Part shown: piece after piece, positions 27,743 through 37,359 of the stretch
Layout: every line of letters begins with the position of its first letter
How positions within the stretch are numbered: position 1 is the stretch's first letter
NCBI GenBank assembly: GCA_002839445.1
Contig: PGYB01000006.1
Span: 1-64,000 of the forward strand
DNA: 64,000 nucleotides
Source: Candidatus Riflebacteria bacterium HGW-Riflebacteria-1
Lineage (GTDB): Bacteria; Muiribacteriota; Ozemobacteria; Ozemobacterales; Ozemobacteraceae
Direction: 5' to 3'
The notes under the pieces: generated by a model
Told to the model about the DNA's origin: nothing
Seen by the model: only the letters and a program-made list of their open reading frames with translations
Databases searched by the model: none
Translations under genes and position numbers: made by a program

Positions 27743-28051
27743 ATGATACAGGTCGACTTCACTGACGACGGTAACGCCGTCTGTCTGAAGGTCACCGGTC
27801 ATGCGGGCCTTGCCGACAAAGGAAGCGACATTGTTTGTTCAGCGGTCTCGGCTCTGATACAGACATTCGCCGGTGGAGTCGAAAGCGAACTGCAGGCATC
27901 ACTCAGCGGTCATCTTGATTCAGGCAACTGCAACATCAGGATACAGGTTGATGAAAGCCACAAACAGGCGCTAAGGGCAGTTTATAAAGTATTTAAGTTC
28001 GGGTTCCGTAAGATCGCAAGTTCTTACCCGGAACAAGTTAAATTGAATTAA
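27743..28051 (+). CDS. prp: Ribosomal-processing cysteine protease Prp (DUF464).
   Basis: Lies between rplU and rpmA. KVTGHAG...DIVCSAVS carries the His/Cys catalytic dyad motif. Confidence 0.75.
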   Translation: MIQVDFTDDGNAVCLKVTGHAGLADKGSDIVCSAVSALIQTFAGGVESELQASLSGHLDSGNCNIRIQVDESHKQALRAVYKVFKFGFRKIASSYPEQVKLN

Positions 28052-28072
28052 TCACCTAAGGGGGATTTTGAC

Positions 28073-28342
28073 ATGGCTCATAAGAAGGGACAGGGCTCAA
28101 CCACCAACGGTCGAGACAGTAATGCGCAACGCCTGGGCGTTAAAAAGTATGATGGCGAACTCGTAAGAGCCGGCAACATAATAATTCGTCAGCGCGGAAC
28201 ACCGATCCATCCCGGCACCAATGTCGGCAAGGGCAAAGATGACACTCTTTTTGCTCTCACTGATGGTTCAGTAAAATTTGGCTGGCGCAAAGGCAAGCAC
28301 TGCGTGCATGTTCTGGAAATCGCCGCCGAAGCAGTAAACTGA
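28073..28342 (+). CDS. rpmA: 50S ribosomal protein L27.
   Basis: [29 protein letters not shown]... is very close to E. coli L27. No N-terminal extension is possible, because an in-frame stop lies 8 codons upstream. Confidence 0.9.
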   Translation: MAHKKGQGSTTNGRDSNAQRLGVKKYDGELVRAGNIIIRQRGTPIHPGTNVGKGKDDTLFALTDGSVKFGWRKGKHCVHVLEIAAEAVN

Positions 28343-28360
28343 CAAAGTTTATCAGCATAA

Positions 28361-28391
28361 AAAAGCCGCCCACGAGGCGGTTTTTTTATGC
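28361..28391 (+). terminator. Rho-independent terminator after rpmA.
   Basis: AAAAAAGCCGCCCACGAGGCGGTTTTTTT. Confidence 0.6.
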
Positions 28392-28469
28392 CCGTTAAGT
28401 TGGTGCCTGGCAGATAACGTTGAGAAAAAGCACAAGCGCCATGGTAAGTGGGTTTATGCGTAAAATGGC

Positions 28470-29639
28470 TTAGCGGAGGTCGTGAAATTGCTTTTCTCTG
28501 CTGATTGAGTTTAAGTCGATACTGGCAATGATTTCGGCGATTTTTCGAGCTGAATCTTTGCCTTCATAAGGATTGGCAAAAAGGGCGCACTTCTCGCGAA
28601 ACCCGTCTGCCAGCAACCGGCCAAGGGCCTGCAGAATCGCGGCTTCGTCAAAATCGGCAGTGATAACTGTCTGGCTGTGCGGTCTTCCTTGCTGCCGCCG
28701 CCCGATGTTGAGCACCGGCACACCAAGAGATGGCACTTCGATAATGCCGCTTGATGAATTGCCGATGACACAGCGGGCCAGCCGCGCGGCCGACAGGTAA
28801 TTCAAACGTCCCAGACTGCTGAAAAAGCAGATGCTTTCAGGTTCAATATCGGCCTGCGCCTTAATATAAGCGTTGATTTCTTCGCCTTCCGGGTCAGCGT
28901 TGGCGCCGGTAATGAGCAGGCGTGTTCCCGGGTATGTCTTTATAAGCAGTGGCAGCAGTTGTTTGATGCCATTGAGAGCAGCTCCGGGGCTACAGGTCTG
29001 GGGGTGAAGTGTAATCAGAAAGAAGTCGTCAAGAGCACATTTCGTGAGGTCTTCGAGCTGAGATCGCTGCAAAAAGGGCAGATCGGCAAGATCGGCCAGG
29101 CCGAGGTCGCCGGTATTGAAAACCAGTTCGGGGATTTCTCCGAGCTGAATAACGCGCCGACGATAGTCTTCGGTAGCGGTAAAATGCAGGTCGCTGAGTT
29201 TGCTGATGCAGTGGCGCAGAACATCATCGAAGGCGCCAGCAGTAAGCTCGCCACCAGAAATGTGCGCGCTTCTGATGCCGAGCAGGCGGCATGCGGTTGC
29301 AACCGCGTAGATTTCATAGCGGTCGCCCAGATAAACGACGAGATCGGGTCTGAACATGTCAAACAATTTCGGAAATCTGGTAAGAGCGCCTGCCATGGCT
29401 GCAAACATAAGTGACTGATTATCCTGCGCACCGTTTTCTGGTGTTATGTAAACTTGATGATAATCCTCTCCGATATCCTTGCTGATTTCTTCGGCAGAAT
29501 AATCGCTTTGATAGTGCAAATGACTGCCGGTTACTACCACGCTGACCCGCGAAACCCTTTTCTGCAGCTCATCATGGAGAGGGCGCAAAATCCCCCACTC
29601 TGCCCGCGACCCAGTTATAATACAAATATGTTTGCTCAT
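28470..29639 (-). CDS. UDP-N-acetylglucosamine 2-epimerase (hydrolysing, NeuC-like; Epimerase_2 family), 389 aa.
   Basis: KHICIITGSRAEWGILRPL...VVVTGSHL resembles the NeuC/SiaA N-terminus. An ATG at 29639 is used (the ORF-track start is a TTG). Confidence 0.6.
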   Translation of the reverse strand: MSKHICIITGSRAEWGILRPLHDELQKRVSRVSVVVTGSHLHYQSDYSAEEISKDIGEDYHQVYITPENGAQDNQSLMFAAMAGALTRFPKLFDMFRPDLVVYLGDRYEIYAVATACRLLGIRSAHISGGELTAGAFDDVLRHCISKLSDLHFTATEDYRRRVIQLGEIPELVFNTGDLGLADLADLPFLQRSQLEDLTKCALDDFFLITLHPQTCSPGAALNGIKQLLPLLIKTYPGTRLLITGANADPEGEEINAYIKAQADIEPESICFFSSLGRLNYLSAARLARCVIGNSSSGIIEVPSLGVPVLNIGRRQQGRPHSQTVITADFDEAAILQALGRLLADGFREKCALFANPYEGKDSARKIAEIIASIDLNSISREKQFHDLR

Positions 29640-29699
29640 AGTGCTGATTTTAATGGTGCAACCCGGCTTAATCAAGCAAAAACTGATCTTATAGCAAAT

Positions 29700-29900
29700 C
29701 TACTTATTTCGTTCGCAACTACTCCTTTGTCACATTTGAATACATGCTTAAAAATAGTCATTGGTCGGTTCGCTTCAATCCTGATGCTCACCGGCACTTG
29801 ACCATCCGTGGTCAAAAAGCCAGCTCTGAGCTAATCCCTTTGCCAATGAGATTGCTTCGTCGGACTGAAGTCCTCCTCGCAATGACCGCGAATCCGACTA
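29700..29900 (+). repeat. Conserved noncoding element of about 200 nt, copy B (see copy A at 8975-9180).
   Basis: The 55-nt core at 29756-29810 is near-identical to the reverse complement of 9071-9125. It lies about 140 nt upstream of the small Cys-protein gene at 30043. Confidence 0.6.
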
Positions 29901-30042
29901 CTCGATGTTTTGGCAGAGGACTAGCGCATCCTGCACGTCGTAACCGTTGTTGCTGGCTATTAGTGTTTTTGCTCTAAACTTTTTGCGGGTAGATGCCGAT
30001 ATATGTTTAGAGAATTTAAATTTCAAGCAGGAGGTGCTTCAT

Positions 30043-30192
30043 ATGTGTGCTCAGGAACTCGTGGCTCTGTTTCGTTTCTCTGGTAATTCGTGCCCGGCAT
30101 GCCAGCGTATTGTCAGCAGGTATGAACGCACCCTTAATCTGACCGACGACGACATGGAGCACCTTGAACAGTGCATTCTCAGCAAGCCATGA
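30043..30192 (+). CDS. Small Cys-containing protein of 49 aa (CxxC plus 2 more Cys).
   Basis: Canonical RBS AGGAGG 9 nt before the ATG. MCAQELVALFRFSGNSCPACQRIVSRYERTLNLTDDDMEHLEQCILSKP. A strong terminator lies immediately downstream. Confidence 0.4.
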   Translation: MCAQELVALFRFSGNSCPACQRIVSRYERTLNLTDDDMEHLEQCILSKP

Positions 30193-30205
30193 TGTGATGT
30201 AAAGA

Positions 30206-30240
30206 GGGCTGTTGGCTTTAAGCCGGCAGCCCTTTTTTTA
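30206..30240 (+). terminator. Rho-independent terminator after the small Cys-protein gene. It overlaps the 3' end of the convergent hydantoinase gene.
   Basis: GGGCTGTTGGCTTTAAGCCGGCAGCCC followed by TTTTTTTA. Confidence 0.55.
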
Positions 30241-31618
30241 TGAAAAATTCGGCATCAGTTGCGTGCCGCTCCACAAAGCGTCCCCCACCCTTTTCTCCCT
30301 GCCAGCCATTCTGCCGACTGTAGACCACCTTGCCCCGCAGTATGGTCATTTCGTTACAGCCCCGGCACTGCAAACCTTCATACGGAGAATAGTCAGTGCG
30401 CATATGCAGTGCTGCTACCGAAATTTCATGGTTGCAATCAGGATTGTAGACCATAATATCTGCGTCAGTACCTGGCATGAGGCTGCCTTTTTGCGGGTAT
30501 AGACCGAAAATGCGCGCAGGATTTTCTGAAATAGCCTTAACTGCCTGTTGCAAAGAAATCTTCTCGGAGTGAACCCCATTCAAAACCAGCAGTGGCAAAG
30601 TCTCGATGCCAGGCAGGCCCATCGGCAGGCTGGTGATCTTGTTCTGCCAGGAATTCTTGTCAGAAGTCGTAAATGGGCAATGGTCAGTAGCCACAACTGC
30701 GAGATCGTTCGCAGCCAGTCTCTGCCAGAGAAGCTTTTGCTGGTTCTTTGAGCGTATAGGCGGGCAACAGCCATAAAAGTGCCCTGTCGGCCCTGAAAGA
30801 CTTTTTTCATCGAGATAAAGGTATTGCGGGCAGGTTTCTCCGGCAATATGCGCGCCGCGTTGGCGTTCGCAACCCAGTATCTGCGCACCTTCCCCACTCG
30901 AAACATGAACAACGTATACCTTGCACCCGGTATATCTTGAAAAATCGGCAATTCTGCGTATCGCTTCGGTTTCAGAAAAAACCGGTCTGGTAAGCGGCAG
31001 GCTTTCAATGCCAAGATTGTTGGCCTCTGCTGCCTGATCGGTCAGAAGGTCAATAAGGCAGCCATTTTCGGCATGAACCGTTACCAGAATGCCATGTTGT
31101 CTGCAGGCTGTCATAATATTTAACAGCCCTTTGTCATTCTGCATCAGGCCTGATTTGCCATAGGCCATGAAGATTTTCAGGCTGGTCACACCATGGCTTG
31201 CCAGAAGTGGCAGTTGCTCGGCAACCTTTGCAGAATAATTGCCAATACATGCATGTAGTGAGTAATCGACAGCAACCAGCGGGTCTGCTTGTTCGCGCCT
31301 TCGCTTCAGGCTGTCGAGGACGCCCTCATCACCAGCCTGAGCGGTAAAGTCGATAAAAGTGGTAACACCGCCACAGGCCGCTGCTACGCTGCCAGAATAA
31401 AAATCGTCGGCAGAAATCGCGCCGGCGAATGGCAGTGAGAAATGCGTATGGACATCGACCGCGCCGGGAAGTATCCAGCGGCCAGTGGCATCTAACTCGC
31501 TTTTGCCTTTGAGATTGCTTCCTACCGCCGCGATCTTGCTGCCCTCAATCGCGAGATCAGCCTGAATGAGAGTATCTCCCCAGAATACCTGGCCACCTTT
31601 CAATACCTGTTCAAACAT
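30218..31618 (-). CDS. Dihydropyrimidinase / D-hydantoinase family cyclic amidohydrolase, 466 aa.
   Basis: ILPGAVDVHTHFSLPFAGAISADDFYSGSVAAACGGVTTFIDF closely parallels the hydantoinase N-terminal metal-binding region. Length and the downstream HxH/D motifs fit. Confidence 0.7.
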   Translation of the reverse strand: MFEQVLKGGQVFWGDTLIQADLAIEGSKIAAVGSNLKGKSELDATGRWILPGAVDVHTHFSLPFAGAISADDFYSGSVAAACGGVTTFIDFTAQAGDEGVLDSLKRRREQADPLVAVDYSLHACIGNYSAKVAEQLPLLASHGVTSLKIFMAYGKSGLMQNDKGLLNIMTACRQHGILVTVHAENGCLIDLLTDQAAEANNLGIESLPLTRPVFSETEAIRRIADFSRYTGCKVYVVHVSSGEGAQILGCERQRGAHIAGETCPQYLYLDEKSLSGPTGHFYGCCPPIRSKNQQKLLWQRLAANDLAVVATDHCPFTTSDKNSWQNKITSLPMGLPGIETLPLLVLNGVHSEKISLQQAVKAISENPARIFGLYPQKGSLMPGTDADIMVYNPDCNHEISVAALHMRTDYSPYEGLQCRGCNEMTILRGKVVYSRQNGWQGEKGGGRFVERHATDAEFFIKKGLPA

Positions 31619-31978
31619 AATATTTCCTGCTTAAATTTTCAGTTGGTTCAATTATTTTAGAGTTCTGCCGAAGAAGATACCGCAAAACATTGAATTGGGG
31701 GTAGAAATTTTGAACTTGAATTCTTTAGTGGCGGGTTTTCTTGGAGGATTGGTTTGCAGTACTATTTTATTTGTATGCAGTAGAACTTATCTGTTGCACA
31801 AGTTGATTGATCGCGAGAAGTTGCGTGATCTCTCGTATTTCGGGCGTAGCGCGCCTGAAAAGAAGCGTCTTTAAGAGTTTGCCAGTGTAAATATCAAGTG
31901 TTTTGCAATTCCGGCTTAGCCGGATTTTTTTTTGCCTGTTTAACCTGCACGGGGTTTATGTTATTTTACTGACTGACT

Positions 31979-33418
31979 ATGGATGCCAACGAAAAGAAGA
32001 TTCTAGAGTTCAAACGTCGGATAATATCGCTCATGCGCAGCCGTGAGCACGCTTCTGCGCTAAAACTTTATCATAAATCCTTCACTGCGCAAACGCCTGC
32101 CGACCCTGATTTTCTTGAAAGTTTTTATATTGAGCTCAATCGCGTCAACATGCACGAGGTTGCCTATGAGGTTCTTAAAGAGGGAGCGACCTGGCACCCC
32201 GACAACGAAAAGGCCGAAGAACTCTTAAAGAACGCTCAGGGTGTCTATCTCGACAGCCTGGTTCTGCACGGCAACAACCTTCTTTACGAGCGAGATGACA
32301 AAGAAGCGAAGTTTACCGAGAGCATAAAAAAGGCCGACTCGCTGGCGCGCGAAAAAATGCGCGAAGAAAACGACAAGATTCTTTCGGCAATAGTTCAAAA
32401 GGCGCTTGTAACCTACGGTAAGGCGCTTGAGCTGAAAGATGACAGTATACCAGCGCTATCAGGCCTTATGCGTTGCCACCAGATTCTTGGTGAGAACGAG
32501 CTGGCCGAAGAGTTTAACTCGCGCATCGAAGAACTTTCGCCGACAATAAAATCTCGCGAAAAGACTCGCCAGGAGCTTGCCAGAGAGGCAGAGATCGCCG
32601 AAGAGGAAAAGAAAAGGGAAGCTGCCCGTGAGCTTGAACTTGAAGAGTCGGCAATAGACGAGATTAAAAGGCTGTTTGACGATAAACAGTATCATGAACT
32701 TATCCGGCGAATAGATGATCTGCACCTGTCGTATCGAACTACTGTTCCGCTGCTGTTACTCAAAGCCAGGGCATTTGGCGAGTTGCGCCGTTTCAAGTCG
32801 GCAGATCAGGTTATCAATGAGGCAGAGCACCATAATCGCAACATCAATGAAGTTCTCGAAATTAAGAACAGTCTCAACGAAACCAAATACCGAATTCTCT
32901 GCAAGGCATCTGATATTTATCTTCATAAAGCGCTTGAAATCGGCTTGAGCCTCGGCGAGTCACATTTCCGCCGTGCCCAGAAAAGCATTCTGCGCGCACT
33001 TGAATTTGTTCCTGAGAACCTTGATCTTCTTGACAAGCTTTATACAACGCAGAAATACCTTGGACAGACTGAAGATTCTTACAAGACCAAGGCAATGATT
33101 TATGTGCTTAACAAAAAGTATGTTACCGCGTTCGACCGCGAGTCATCAGCATCTCTATGTTTTATCGCCAGTTTTGCTTATTGTGGGGAGCCGCAGATAA
33201 TAAACCAGTTCAGGTGGTTCAGGCGGGAATTTCTGTTGACATCGCGGGCAGGCATGGTCATTAACACAACTTACGTCAGAATCAGCCCGCGCATTACCAG
33301 GGCGGCATTAAACATAGCGGCCGCACGAACTGTTTTTCGACTCGTTCTTTACCCGATTCGTCTGATGATCGACTTGTTGCAATATTTTATTGCTAAAACA
33401 GGCAGGGAACTTTTATAA
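31979..33418 (+). CDS. Hypothetical protein (helical/TPR-like N-terminal half, charged coiled-coil middle), 479 aa.
   Basis: No catalytic motif recognised. Long EEKKREAARELELEE stretch. Confidence 0.45.
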   Translation: MDANEKKILEFKRRIISLMRSREHASALKLYHKSFTAQTPADPDFLESFYIELNRVNMHEVAYEVLKEGATWHPDNEKAEELLKNAQGVYLDSLVLHGNNLLYERDDKEAKFTESIKKADSLAREKMREENDKILSAIVQKALVTYGKALELKDDSIPALSGLMRCHQILGENELAEEFNSRIEELSPTIKSREKTRQELAREAEIAEEEKKREAARELELEESAIDEIKRLFDDKQYHELIRRIDDLHLSYRTTVPLLLLKARAFGELRRFKSADQVINEAEHHNRNINEVLEIKNSLNETKYRILCKASDIYLHKALEIGLSLGESHFRRAQKSILRALEFVPENLDLLDKLYTTQKYLGQTEDSYKTKAMIYVLNKKYVTAFDRESSASLCFIASFAYCGEPQIINQFRWFRREFLLTSRAGMVINTTYVRISPRITRAALNIAAARTVFRLVLYPIRLMIDLLQYFIAKTGRELL

Positions 33419-33425
33419 TTCAGGA

Positions 33426-34631
33426 ATGCCAATGAAAAAACTTTTTGCAAAGTGTATTTTTTTATTCATGCTGCTGTTTGCCGGCAGTCTTTACGCGCAG
33501 ACAATCGACACGCAGAGCATAAAAGTAGGCATCTTCCCTGAAGATGATTTTACTACGATCCGCATACAGTGCTTCAGCGGCAACTGGCGGGTAGAGTTCG
33601 GCACTGCGTCTGCTACGCGCGAATATCTTGCCGAGGGCGAAGACTGCACGATTATGCTGGTTCCAAAGGGCCTGGTCGCCAGGTTTTCTGATGGAAAAGA
33701 TTTTAACGTCGGGTATGACAAGATCACCCTCAAAGGTGGCGACCTGCTGAACCTTGAAATCCCAGACCATCAACCGATGTTATTACAGGGCAGCCTGACA
33801 GTCGGGCACGCAGATGCCTTTATCAATCTGGTTAATACTGTCACTGTTCATCAGCACATTGTGTCGAGCATATCGAAAATTGGTATTACCAACGAACCTG
33901 AGGCACTCAGGGCAATTTGCACCATGGCGAGAACACGACTTGCGTGGTTAATGGCTAATCCGCAACATAAAGAAAGCCCTTACGATATCTGTGATGCAAG
34001 CCATTGCATGCCGTTTCTCGGTTGCGGCTATAACCGCGAACTTGTCGATCTTCTTACCAGTATGACAGACGGCCAGATTATCAGACACGCTGGCAAACCC
34101 ATAATGCCCCGTTACCATAACACCTGCGGCGGCAAAATTTCTTCTGCCCGAGATGTCTATGGCGCGGATGAGCCTTATCATCAGGCCAAAGCAGACCTGC
34201 TCGACGGCAAGGGTTCTGAGAACTGCTTTCACAGCCCTAATTTTCATTGGTCAATCGAGCTGCAGAAGGTTGATGTGCTAGATTTCCTGTCGATGGCTTT
34301 TGCGGGTGGTGCAGATCGAATGTACAACAACTGGGAACCTAAAAAGGTTGATGCTGGTGGCAGAATTCTGGAAGTAACCCTGCGCGGCAAGATGCCAAAA
34401 AGTGTTTCTGGAACTGAGTTTCACAAAGAACTTGCCGAGTTTTTTGGTCCGAATGGCATAAAAAGCATGAAGTTCACGATGGAATTTCTGCGCCGAACCA
34501 TTATTTTCAGAGGAATGGGCTACGGCGATGGTACAGGGTTGTGCCTTTATGGTGCCGATGGCCTCGCCAAAAAATCCCAGAAGTATCTGGACATCGTGAA
34601 GTTTTACTACCCCGGAACCGAAGTAAAGTAA
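33426..34631 (+). CDS. SpoIID/LytB domain protein (secreted), 402 aa.
   Basis: Signal peptide MPMKKLFAKCIFLFMLLFAGSLYAQ. EALRAICTMARTRLAWL...YDICDASHCMPFLGCG parallels SpoIID EALKAQAVAARTYA...CDTTHCQVY. Confidence 0.6.
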   Translation: MPMKKLFAKCIFLFMLLFAGSLYAQTIDTQSIKVGIFPEDDFTTIRIQCFSGNWRVEFGTASATREYLAEGEDCTIMLVPKGLVARFSDGKDFNVGYDKITLKGGDLLNLEIPDHQPMLLQGSLTVGHADAFINLVNTVTVHQHIVSSISKIGITNEPEALRAICTMARTRLAWLMANPQHKESPYDICDASHCMPFLGCGYNRELVDLLTSMTDGQIIRHAGKPIMPRYHNTCGGKISSARDVYGADEPYHQAKADLLDGKGSENCFHSPNFHWSIELQKVDVLDFLSMAFAGGADRMYNNWEPKKVDAGGRILEVTLRGKMPKSVSGTEFHKELAEFFGPNGIKSMKFTMEFLRRTIIFRGMGYGDGTGLCLYGADGLAKKSQKYLDIVKFYYPGTEVK

Positions 34632-34666
34632 TCACCCTGGCAATCAGAAAACCTGAAAACCGCAGA

Positions 34667-34701
34667 AAATAAAAAAGGCGCAGTTTCAGCTGCGCCTTTT
34701 T
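34667..34701 (+). terminator. Rho-independent terminator after the SpoIID-like gene.
   Basis: AAAAAAGGCGCAGTTTCAGCTGCGCCTTTTTC. Confidence 0.55.
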
Positions 34702-34922
34702 CTGTGGTAGTCTTGTGTCAGAGATCGACGCCGATTTCAAGCGACAGTACAATCGTCAGAACAGTAGCCAGAAATATACTTGCCATTTTTTTCTCCATAC
34801 TCATAATACCGCATACTCTATTTATCGGCAACCGTACACACAAAGTTAATGACATGCCGTGAATATTATCTGCCGCGTTGCATTTTGCCGGCAGGCTGAG
34901 TAAACTGTTGCAGGAGGTTCGC

Positions 34923-35240
34923 ATGACAGACTACAGAATTTGTCTGGTTACCTTGCCAGATCGCGAGACTGCCCGCAAAATCGCTGACAACATAGTCAGA
35001 GCAAAGCTTTGCGCCTGCGCAAACCTGATTCCTGGTGTTGAGTCGATTTACACATGGCAGGGCAAGGTCGAAACCAGCAATGAAATTGTTATGGTGATCA
35101 AGACGCAGCAGAGTTGTGTTGCCGAATTAGACGCCAGAATACGCGAACTACACCCCTACTCTGTTTATGAATTTGTCGTGTTGCCAATTTTGTCTGGCAA
35201 CGCCGACTACCTTAAATGGATCAAAGAAACGACCTCCTGA
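34923..35240 (+). CDS. cutA: Divalent-cation tolerance protein CutA, 105 aa.
   Basis: RBS CAGGAGG. VTLPDRETARKIADNIVRAKLCACANLIPGVESIYTWQGKVE...EFVVLPI is a typical CutA1 sequence. Confidence 0.8.
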   Translation: MTDYRICLVTLPDRETARKIADNIVRAKLCACANLIPGVESIYTWQGKVETSNEIVMVIKTQQSCVAELDARIRELHPYSVYEFVVLPILSGNADYLKWIKETTS

Positions 35241-37217
35241 ATGGCGCGAACTTTTAAACTCACTAACGATCAGCCCCCTGCCAGTGAATTCAAGATAGAC
35301 TACCAGTCACTGCTTAACGAACAACAGTTTCAGGCGGCCACCCAGTTTCACGGCCCGGTTCTTTGCATTGCCGGCGCGGGTTCAGGGAAAACGCGAACGC
35401 TTATTTACCGGGTCGCGCGCATGCTTGAGAGCGGCATAGCGCCCGACAGCATTTTGCTGCTGACCTTTACGCGCAAGGCTGCTGCCAATATGCTTGAACG
35501 TGTGGCGGCGCTGGTCGGAGCACAGGGCAAAGCGGTTGCGGGTGGAACATACCATAGTTTCTCTGCCATTACATTGCGCAAATATGGTCACTATATCGGC
35601 TTGAGCCCAGCCTTTTCAATTATTGACGAAGCAGACGCGGGTGATATTCTGAATTTTTTGCGCAGCGAACTCGGTTTTAACCGTAAGGAATCAAGGTTTC
35701 CGCAAAAAAAGACGATTTCCCAGATGTTTTCAAAAGCAAATAATCTCGAAAAATCTCTGACAGAAATAATCAGCGATTACTATCCGCAATTTGCCGAGCA
35801 CTCCGAAGATCTCGGTCGCCTGCACGATGAATTCGCCAGTTACAAGCTCAAAAACCTGCTTCTCGATTACGACGACCTGTTGATTTTTCTGCACCGGCTA
35901 CTCAGCACAAGTGCAGAGGCGCGAAGCGCTATAACTTTGCGTTATCGCTATGTAATGGCCGACGAATACCAGGATACCAACGGTTTGCAGGCAAGAATCA
36001 CTTTTCTTCTTGCCGGCGAAGGTCGTAATGTCATGGTTGTAGGCGATGATGCTCAGAGCATTTATTCGTTTCGCGGCGCGAGAGTCGCCAATATTCTTGA
36101 GTTTCCCAAGGTTTACCCGGATTGCCGCATCATCAGGCTCGAAAAGAATTATCGCAGCACCAGACAAATTCTCGATGCCGCCAACAGTCTCATGGAAAGC
36201 GCCGAAGAGGGCTTTAAAAAGAATTTGACGACCGACAAAACCTTGGGTGAGCTGCCGGCGCGCGTGCGTTGCGAAGATGAACAGGAACAGGCAATGTTTG
36301 TTGCGGCGCGAATTCTTGAACTGCGCGAACAGGGTGTCAGACTCGACAACATGGCTGTGTTGTTCCGTTCAAGTTTTCATGCTTATCAGCTTGAGCTAGA
36401 ACTCAAACGCCGCAATATACCTTATGTGAAATGGGGTGGCTTCAAGTTTCTTGAAGCTGGCCATCTCAAAGACATTATTGCGCACCTGCGTGTTATTCAG
36501 AATCCTTATGATCAGGTCTCATGGCTGCGGGTTCTCCTGCTGATCGAAGGCATCGGAACGCACAGCGCAACCGACATATTCGGCCATATCCGTCAGGCCG
36601 TGAATCCTTATGATCTGTCGGCAGTCAAAGCCAGGGCAAAGGCGTTAAAAGGTTTGCAGACATTGAGCAGGATGCTGATATCTGCCTCCGGCCAGGTAAG
36701 CGCTCCGCCAGCGCGTCTGCTGGAGATGGTTGCTGACTATTATTTTCCGATCTTGAAAGAGCGCTTCGATGATTACCCGCGACGCTTTAAAGATATTGAT
36801 CAGCTGGCTATCATCGCCGGGCGTTTTGCCTCTCTCAGTGATTTTCTTACCGATCTTGCGCTTGAACCGCCAAAAAACTCGGTTGATGAGGCTTTGGCGG
36901 CTGAACAGAGTGAAGATGAGTCGCTTGTTTTGTCGACCATACACTCTGCCAAGGGCCTTGAATGGCATTCGGTATTTGTTATTCACGCTCTCGAAGGCAG
37001 GTTTCCCTCATTCAATTCGCTGAAATCTGAAGCTGATCTCGAAGAAGAGCGGCGTCTGATGTATGTGGCAGTTACCCGTGCGGCTGAAAATCTGACAATT
37101 TCATATCCTTCCCAGATATGGGATCCGGCAACCGGTTCTCTACTGGCGCGACCGTCACGCTTTATCGAAGAAATCAGGCAAGAGCTTCTTGAGACATGGC
37201 AGATCAGCCGACAATAA
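35241..37217 (+). CDS. UvrD/PcrA/Rep-family ATP-dependent DNA helicase, 658 aa.
   Basis: Walker A AGAGSGKTRTLIYRV, a DEYQDTN motif, and a C-terminal VTRAAENL helicase motif VI-like sequence. Confidence 0.85.
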   Translation: MARTFKLTNDQPPASEFKIDYQSLLNEQQFQAATQFHGPVLCIAGAGSGKTRTLIYRVARMLESGIAPDSILLLTFTRKAAANMLERVAALVGAQGKAVAGGTYHSFSAITLRKYGHYIGLSPAFSIIDEADAGDILNFLRSELGFNRKESRFPQKKTISQMFSKANNLEKSLTEIISDYYPQFAEHSEDLGRLHDEFASYKLKNLLLDYDDLLIFLHRLLSTSAEARSAITLRYRYVMADEYQDTNGLQARITFLLAGEGRNVMVVGDDAQSIYSFRGARVANILEFPKVYPDCRIIRLEKNYRSTRQILDAANSLMESAEEGFKKNLTTDKTLGELPARVRCEDEQEQAMFVAARILELREQGVRLDNMAVLFRSSFHAYQLELELKRRNIPYVKWGGFKFLEAGHLKDIIAHLRVIQNPYDQVSWLRVLLLIEGIGTHSATDIFGHIRQAVNPYDLSAVKARAKALKGLQTLSRMLISASGQVSAPPARLLEMVADYYFPILKERFDDYPRRFKDIDQLAIIAGRFASLSDFLTDLALEPPKNSVDEALAAEQSEDESLVLSTIHSAKGLEWHSVFVIHALEGRFPSFNSLKSEADLEEERRLMYVAVTRAAENLTISYPSQIWDPATGSLLARPSRFIEEIRQELLETWQISRQ

Positions 37218-37359
37218 GACTGGCTCCTTGTCATTTTTGTCATTGCGAGCGAAGCGAACCGACCAGTGACGGATTTTGCAAAGCTGCTGAGTGCTTGACA
37301 GGCGGTTGTTTTCTCTGTTAAGGTCATTACTCACATATGTTTGAAGCGGAGTTTTTCAA

